Below, piece by piece: positions 58,423 through 64,000 of a stretch of DNA of 64,000 nucleotides. The stretch's first letter is position 1. Every line of letters begins with the position of its first letter. The notes beneath the pieces were generated by a model. That model worked only from the letters and a program-made list of their open reading frames with translations. It was not told the DNA's origin and did not search any database. The translations under genes and the position numbers were made by a program. The stretch is taken from the sequence record SRR31156797_986. The stretch is one strand, 5' to 3'.

Positions 58423-58652
58423 GGTTATTTTTCGATCTTGAAAAGTCCGGGACCCGTCAACCTAAAAATTTTTTTATCAGAATGGAACTTTAGTGAAAAC
58501 ATGGATCCATAATGTAATGCAATCCGGGAGGCATTCAGTTATTTGGGATACAAAAGATAATAAAGGAGGCCGGGTATGAAAGTGGGGTATATTTTTACGT
58601 ACTCACTACATACTCCGGGTCCTGTTCAGATAAAATGGTAGTCATTCGCTAA
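58423..58652 (+). pseudogene. Frameshifted remnant of an FlgD-Ig/T9SS C-terminal domain
   Basis: Across two +1 shifts it reads ...SPGPVNLKIF/YQNGTLVKTWIHNVMQSGRHSVIWDTKDNKGGRV/ESGVYFYVLTTYSGSCSDKMVVIR*. Confidence 0.65.
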
Positions 58653-58720
58653 AAACTGAGCTTCGATTGAAATTGGTGTGAATTATCGGAGGAGTCTTAA
58701 AATCCGGAAAAAAATCACTG

Positions 58721-60151
58721 TTAATATTGTTCTCTTGTTGCTTTCTTATGATAAAGGTCAAGCGCTACAATAAGCGCAAACATGCCCCAAACAGGAACAG
58801 AGGCCTTGTCGGTGTCCAGGAAATTATTGAGCAATCCATGTGTAAAATAGGTAAGCAATGACAGGACGGCAATGAGCGACATCATTTTTACACGTTTATC
58901 CTCAGCCTGTTTGTGAACCTTCAATCCAGTATAAATACCGATGATAACAACAATTAAAATGGTTATCATCCCAAAAATACCTTGCTCAGCCATGGGCCCG
59001 ATGAACTCACTGTGAGCGTTTCCAAGATCACCGGCATTGGTACTGATGATGGTTTTTTCTTTGCTTCGCTGGAACGGTGCATACAAAAACTGGTATGTCC
59101 CAGGCCCCCAGCCAAAAAACGGACGTTCATTAAACATCCTGATGCCTGCCTGCCAGCGGTTGATCCGTTCCAGATTTGATGCATCAGAAGAAATATTGTA
59201 GATGGAATGGACGTGCTCGAGCAGGTCTGTTGATGAGTCCTGCTCATTTCGTTCCAACACTTCGATGATCTGGTGCTGGAAGCTAAAAAATGAGACGACC
59301 AGAAAAATAACCACTGTTGCTATCCATTTAAATTTGATTTTCAACATCACAGCACCATAAACACCAAGTACTGCTATCAAACTGATCCACGCTGCCCGGC
59401 TATAGGATAAAATCACAGCAATGATCAAAATCGAAAACACAATCATACTTGTAGCCCTGATGGAAAACCGATATGATTTATCAAAACTAAAAGCCGCCAT
59501 AAACGGAATAAACATGGCGATGGCAGCCCCATAAGCTGTATGGTCGTTGTAAAACGGATCCATAACCCAGTGGCCGGTTTCCTCATCAAAACCATATCCC
59601 GCATGACGAAAAATGGTGTATCCGATAACGATGAGCAAGCTTATGGTGTAAAGCCAGATGAATTTTCTGGTATTGCTGAATTTTCGGAACAGCATCACTG
59701 CAACGAAAAAGAAAGGCACTACAAACCACAGCCTGGCAATCAAAAATTTAATCGAAACCCACGGCAATTCACTTGTGAAGGTAGTGACGAATATCCAAAT
59801 CAGGTTCACAATTATAGCCAGCGAAAGCGGGTGTTTAAAAATATTACGATCATAACTAAATCCACCTGCCATTTTAACAACGAAAATGATGAGTACACCA
59901 AACATCATGGGTTCAGTAGGAAGGGAAACCCCGAGGTTAGCCTCAAAGCTTCTGATGTTTATTGCCAGTGGTGTGAGAAAAGTGATGAGAAGTATAACTT
60001 TATCAAGAGAGAAAATATACAGCATCACCACCACGGCCGCAAGTGGTAGCAACAGCGACCAGTAAAACTCTTTAACGATCAGTACTGCGTTTAGTAAAAT
60101 AAACAGCAGACTGAGCCCGTAAACCCAATATAGTTTTACTTTTTCTGTCAA
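58721..60151 (-). CDS. O-antigen ligase/Wzy-family membrane protein
   Basis: About 12 TM segments; SYSRAAW, ERINRW, PFFGWGPG, AHSEF..AEQG motifs; TTG start. Confidence 0.85.
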   Translation of the reverse strand: MTEKVKLYWVYGLSLLFILLNAVLIVKEFYWSLLLPLAAVVVMLYIFSLDKVILLITFLTPLAINIRSFEANLGVSLPTEPMMFGVLIIFVVKMAGGFSYDRNIFKHPLSLAIIVNLIWIFVTTFTSELPWVSIKFLIARLWFVVPFFFVAVMLFRKFSNTRKFIWLYTISLLIVIGYTIFRHAGYGFDEETGHWVMDPFYNDHTAYGAAIAMFIPFMAAFSFDKSYRFSIRATSMIVFSILIIAVILSYSRAAWISLIAVLGVYGAVMLKIKFKWIATVVIFLVVSFFSFQHQIIEVLERNEQDSSTDLLEHVHSIYNISSDASNLERINRWQAGIRMFNERPFFGWGPGTYQFLYAPFQRSKEKTIISTNAGDLGNAHSEFIGPMAEQGIFGMITILIVVIIGIYTGLKVHKQAEDKRVKMMSLIAVLSLLTYFTHGLLNNFLDTDKASVPVWGMFALIVALDLYHKKATREQY

Positions 60152-60162
60152 ATCGGCGCAGC

Positions 60163-62448
60163 TTAGAAATTACGTTTAATGGATTCGTAATTTTCGATTA
60201 ATAGAATAACAAGGAATGAAACAAACCAAACGCCCAGTGCGGTTAAGACCACTATTACCCAACGAACCGGATACGACTTTTTATCCGCCGGATAAGGCGT
60301 TGAGAGTACATTGGCATAAGTAATCTCTTTGTTGTAATTCATTAAAGCATCATCGTAGAGCATTTTAACTTTGCCGTATTCTGCAATCAGGTCGAAATAC
60401 CGGTCATTGTAGTAGGTATAGATACCACCATATTTTTCGATGTTTTCTTTTAGTTTCAATACTTCTCTGGTATTGATATTTCGTGCAGCATTATCTCCGT
60501 CAACTGTACCCAGGAATCCACGGGCAACCTCGCGTGATTGGTTCGGGTAGTCGATAATGCCATATTCAGTGCGTATCTCGTAAAGTTTGTTTTCTACCGA
60601 ATCAATTTCCTGTTGCTTTAATTTTAGCCTGTGATCCATAAAATCAACAACCTCTCTATACTTAGCGCGGTGTACTTCCAACACTTTTTTATCATAAAGT
60701 TCAATGATAGAATTCACCATATCGCAGGCCACCTGCGGGTCGGCATCAGAAACTTCAATCCTGATGGTTTCAAATGGGGTTTTACTGACAACCACATTTT
60801 TGCCATACAGGTAATTCATCGTTGATTCATAATATTTGTATGATGGGTCAATACCATAACGTTCTGACAAATCATACATCCTGATGATCTCATTACGGAT
60901 CTCGTTTGATTGCAAAAACTGTAACATTTGCTCCGACTCACTTTCCTCCGAATAGGGTTCGATGTTGGAAGGATAAATTAGCGCATATGATTTAAATTTT
61001 GGTGTGATAAACCAAGGTGATGAAAAGATAACAGCAAGGATTACACCTAGCAGAACAATCACACCTAGATGAAACTTCCACTTGAAAAGCAGCTTGAGAA
61101 TATTAGTATTTGTGAAGTATCTGGCCATTTGACTTTCTTGTTTTTCAGTTGTTTCAATCGTTGTTTTATCTTCGTCTAAGTTGTTATCAGTATTGTGTTT
61201 TTCAATGGGTGTTTTTTTTAGCTCGTTTTGATTATTATTCTGGTCATTTACTGCACTGTTGTCGCCCGGTATTTTTTTTTCCGGGGTTTTTAGCGGCGTT
61301 TTTTCCACGGCTTTCTCCTCATAAACCCGCTGGGGAGGTTCCTGGGGTGGAATTGGTGGATCTTTTCCTTGCGGTGTATTTCCTCGTTTTACATATTTTT
61401 TTGATTCCAGTGCACTAAGATTTAAGGCACCTGGAAAATATGAATTTATGTTTTCGATAATCAATAAAAATACCAGTGTAAAAAGGAATGCTGAAATTGT
61501 GGTTACCACAACAATGAGCCATCGAATCGGGTATGATTTCTTTTCAGCTTTATAGGCACTGTTTACAACAAATTTCGTGGGTAAAACCTCTACTGCGTCT
61601 GTTTTGGCTTCTTCGAATTTGGCACGGAGCATACTCAATTGCTTTTTTTCGTGCTCAAGTGCATCACGCAACGAAACGTAAGGTCCGCCATATTTGGCAA
61701 GTACCTCAAGTTTTTCTTCAAGCCGCTTTACCCCGGGAGTATTGCCCTTGGCAAGTTCGATGGCAAGCTGCTGGTTGATCATCTCAGCCTGGGATTCGTA
61801 ATCATGAACACCGAATTCACGCAATACTGAGAGCGAATCCTCCATCTGTGCCACCTCATCGCGTAGTTTGTGATATTGTTCCCTGACAATTTCAAAGGCG
61901 CGCTGGGCCCGTTTTTTTTGCATTTCGTTTTTGGTCGAATCAAGTAACTCAGCAATATCGTTGGCAATATCAGCGGCCATTTGAGGGTCTTTATCCAGCA
62001 CAGAAATCTTTACGGCCATAAACTCCGTACGTTTAAACGAGATGTTATCCTCGTACTCATTGTAAAGCCTGGTATGTTTAAATTTTGATTCTTTGTCGAT
62101 GTCGTAATGGTTCATCAGGTTGTACTTGCTGATGATTTTATCACGAATCCGGTTAGAGTGCAAAATTTGAAGAAGCTGTTCTGTTTCCTCATCTTCACCA
62201 AATTTCAGGATATCATCCTGTGCGCCTGTATTTTCGGTCAGCAAAGCTTTGGAAATGGCATTGGAAGCTGCCGGATACAGGATTACAGTTGACTTGTATT
62301 TGGGTGTGATGAAAATGGTTGAAGAGAAGATCACCGAGGCCAGAATAGCCAGGGCTGTGACAGTGATCAGTGGTTTTCGCCACCTGTGCAGAAACAACAA
62401 AATGTTTGTTGAGTCAAAGTTGTTGTTATCGGTTTTCCAAAGCGTCAT
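60163..62448 (-). CDS. wzz: Tandem Wzz-like polysaccharide co-polymerase (two complete units in one ORF)
   Basis: Two copies of TM1-FITPK(Y/F)KS...YP, D.DPQ.A.D..N, coiled coil, KKSYP.RW-TM2, joined by a hydrophilic linker; TATTTTTG at 62481-62474. Confidence 0.8.
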   Translation of the reverse strand: MTLWKTDNNNFDSTNILLFLHRWRKPLITVTALAILASVIFSSTIFITPKYKSTVILYPAASNAISKALLTENTGAQDDILKFGEDEETEQLLQILHSNRIRDKIISKYNLMNHYDIDKESKFKHTRLYNEYEDNISFKRTEFMAVKISVLDKDPQMAADIANDIAELLDSTKNEMQKKRAQRAFEIVREQYHKLRDEVAQMEDSLSVLREFGVHDYESQAEMINQQLAIELAKGNTPGVKRLEEKLEVLAKYGGPYVSLRDALEHEKKQLSMLRAKFEEAKTDAVEVLPTKFVVNSAYKAEKKSYPIRWLIVVVTTISAFLFTLVFLLIIENINSYFPGALNLSALESKKYVKRGNTPQGKDPPIPPQEPPQRVYEEKAVEKTPLKTPEKKIPGDNSAVNDQNNNQNELKKTPIEKHNTDNNLDEDKTTIETTEKQESQMARYFTNTNILKLLFKWKFHLGVIVLLGVILAVIFSSPWFITPKFKSYALIYPSNIEPYSEESESEQMLQFLQSNEIRNEIIRMYDLSERYGIDPSYKYYESTMNYLYGKNVVVSKTPFETIRIEVSDADPQVACDMVNSIIELYDKKVLEVHRAKYREVVDFMDHRLKLKQQEIDSVENKLYEIRTEYGIIDYPNQSREVARGFLGTVDGDNAARNINTREVLKLKENIEKYGGIYTYYNDRYFDLIAEYGKVKMLYDDALMNYNKEITYANVLSTPYPADKKSYPVRWVIVVLTALGVWFVSFLVILLIENYESIKRNF

Positions 62449-62544
62449 ATCTTACCAGATAAAAATAAGGGCACAAAAATATGCTTTTTATGATTACTAC
62501 GATGTTTAGGTCAATTACCACAAAGATCATTAATCAGCCTGTGG

Positions 62545-63999
62545 CTAAAGTTGTTCCTTGCTTTTTAAAATTTCAATAAATCCTTTGATGTTTAAAAGTC
62601 GCAAACCCATGGCCAGAGCCATTGAGGCAACACACATAATTAAAAAATTAATGGTCCATTTGTCCATGATCATCTTCGAAAAGTAATTAATAATGATGAC
62701 CCCGGCCAGGAAGATAATTACAGAAATTATGAATTTGATGTCAGGTTTAAACTTAAATAATCGAACTGCGATTATGGTTTGAATAACCGCCATGGTCATT
62801 TGTGTGATTAAGCTTGCCCATGCTGAGCCAACAGCCAGGTAACGAGGTACCAGGATGATGTTGATAACAAGGTTGAGTAACATGCCACCTGTTGCAACAA
62901 TATTCAGGGTCTTTAGATTGCCATTGGCAGTTAGTAATGTTCCAAAAACATAGCTTGTTGAAACACCCATAAATCCCAGCATCAATATCCTGAAAACTTC
63001 AGTTGACTCTTCCACATGATGGGTATACATCAGGTCCATGATCTCGTAGCTGTAAAAATGCGCACCTATAGCTACAGTTGCTGAAATTATGATTAGTAAT
63101 GTGAATCCGAGTTTCGCAATCTGTTCAATGGATTCTTTGGCCTTGATCATTTTTGCAAAAAGCGGAAGCAATAGCACCGAAAACAAATAAGCAATGTTGT
63201 TGCCGGCATCCAACAACCTGAAAGCTGAGGCATAAATACCAGCTTCCGATTCGCCAATGCCTTCAGGAAGCAGGCGTTCTATCATAACCGGGTCGATGCG
63301 ATTGTAAAACACCATGAGCATGACCAGGATTGCGAAGGGAAAGCTTTGCTTGATGATCATTACGAAAAAGGGCCAGTTCCAGTTGAGTTTTTTAAAGGCG
63401 GCCTTTTTGATTACAATAATCAGTGCTGTGAGCGCAGTCAGAAAATATGCAGCCGTTTGTGCGTAAACAAACCATTCGATCTGAAACGGTGTTGAGGTAA
63501 CATGTCCCCATATTAAAACACTACAGATCAGAATCATCAACACCCTGTCGAGAACTGACATTATACTATCGGTGCGGAAAAGTAAAAGTCCTGAAATGTT
63601 TGACCGTAAATACAGGATGAATGATAACAGGAACTGGTTGAAGCACAATATGCCAAGCAAACCCAGCTGCTCGGAATTAAAACCGATGATGAAACCTGTA
63701 CCCAGGGTAACAATTGTAAAAAGGACTGCCAACAACAGTTTGATGATGACAATCCCTGAAAAGTGTTTATTGAGCAGTTGGCTGTGCTGGGCAATGTTTC
63801 GGTTGTTATAGTTGGTGATGCCGAAATCCAGGGCGATGTTAAAGAGGAACGAAAAATTGAAAACAACGAAGTAAAATCCATACTCTTCGGCACCCACCAG
63901 ATTTTGAACGGTACGGTCGATGCCAAAAATCCAAAACGGCTTCACCAGCAGGTTCAGAAAAAGCAAGAGTAAAAGATTGGATAAAAATTTTTTTCGCAT
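62545..63999 (-). CDS. wzx: Wzx-type polysaccharide flippase
   Basis: About 14 TM segments; NLLVKPFWI, EEYG, DFGI, YNRID, GIYASAFRL. Confidence 0.85.
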   Translation of the reverse strand: MRKKFLSNLLLLLFLNLLVKPFWIFGIDRTVQNLVGAEEYGFYFVVFNFSFLFNIALDFGITNYNNRNIAQHSQLLNKHFSGIVIIKLLLAVLFTIVTLGTGFIIGFNSEQLGLLGILCFNQFLLSFILYLRSNISGLLLFRTDSIMSVLDRVLMILICSVLIWGHVTSTPFQIEWFVYAQTAAYFLTALTALIIVIKKAAFKKLNWNWPFFVMIIKQSFPFAILVMLMVFYNRIDPVMIERLLPEGIGESEAGIYASAFRLLDAGNNIAYLFSVLLLPLFAKMIKAKESIEQIAKLGFTLLIIISATVAIGAHFYSYEIMDLMYTHHVEESTEVFRILMLGFMGVSTSYVFGTLLTANGNLKTLNIVATGGMLLNLVINIILVPRYLAVGSAWASLITQMTMAVIQTIIAVRLFKFKPDIKFIISVIIFLAGVIIINYFSKMIMDKWTINFLIMCVASMALAMGLRLLNIKGFIEILKSKEQL

Positions 64000-64000
64000 A

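Overview
A 64-kb chromosomal window from a Bacteroidota (Bacteroidales-like) bacterium. The assignment rests on repeated TAnnTTTG promoter elements, type IX secretion (T9SS) C-terminal domains (CTDs), porX, a TamL-like Omp85 and a fused lpxC-fabZ. Most of it is housekeeping: gpmA, DPP-IV, pepA, tpx, ricT-holB, amn-holA, ald-like/tsaE/porX, HD-lpxD-lpxC/fabZ-lpxA-efp-lpxD2, and wzx-wzz-O-antigen ligase. No rRNA, tRNA, CRISPR array or intact mobile element was seen. The most interesting element is a set of secreted modular proteins. A C10 (streptopain-like) protease, a PKD protein and a 2823-aa multi-protease share a ~160-aa 'GWN...GWN' double module, and the latter two also share a ~120-aa 'D-x-I-G...C-x-G...D-G-F' module. 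The 2823-aa protein has two metzincin domains (one degenerate), a hidden Cys-His-Asp peptidase-like domain and two GEVED repeats. The C10 and PKD proteins both end at the same aligned position in '-C-E-stop' with no T9SS CTD, which suggests an undescribed docking or sorting module. Other oddities: a single-ORF tandem Wzz, an Ald-like protein apparently lacking two catalytic residues, an FMN-binding/DUF1684 fusion, tandem Bax-like GH73 genes, an AT-rich HEAT-repeat-like orphan and a frameshifted fossil T9SS CTD in an intergenic gap. All family assignments come from motif recognition by eye; no database searches were run.
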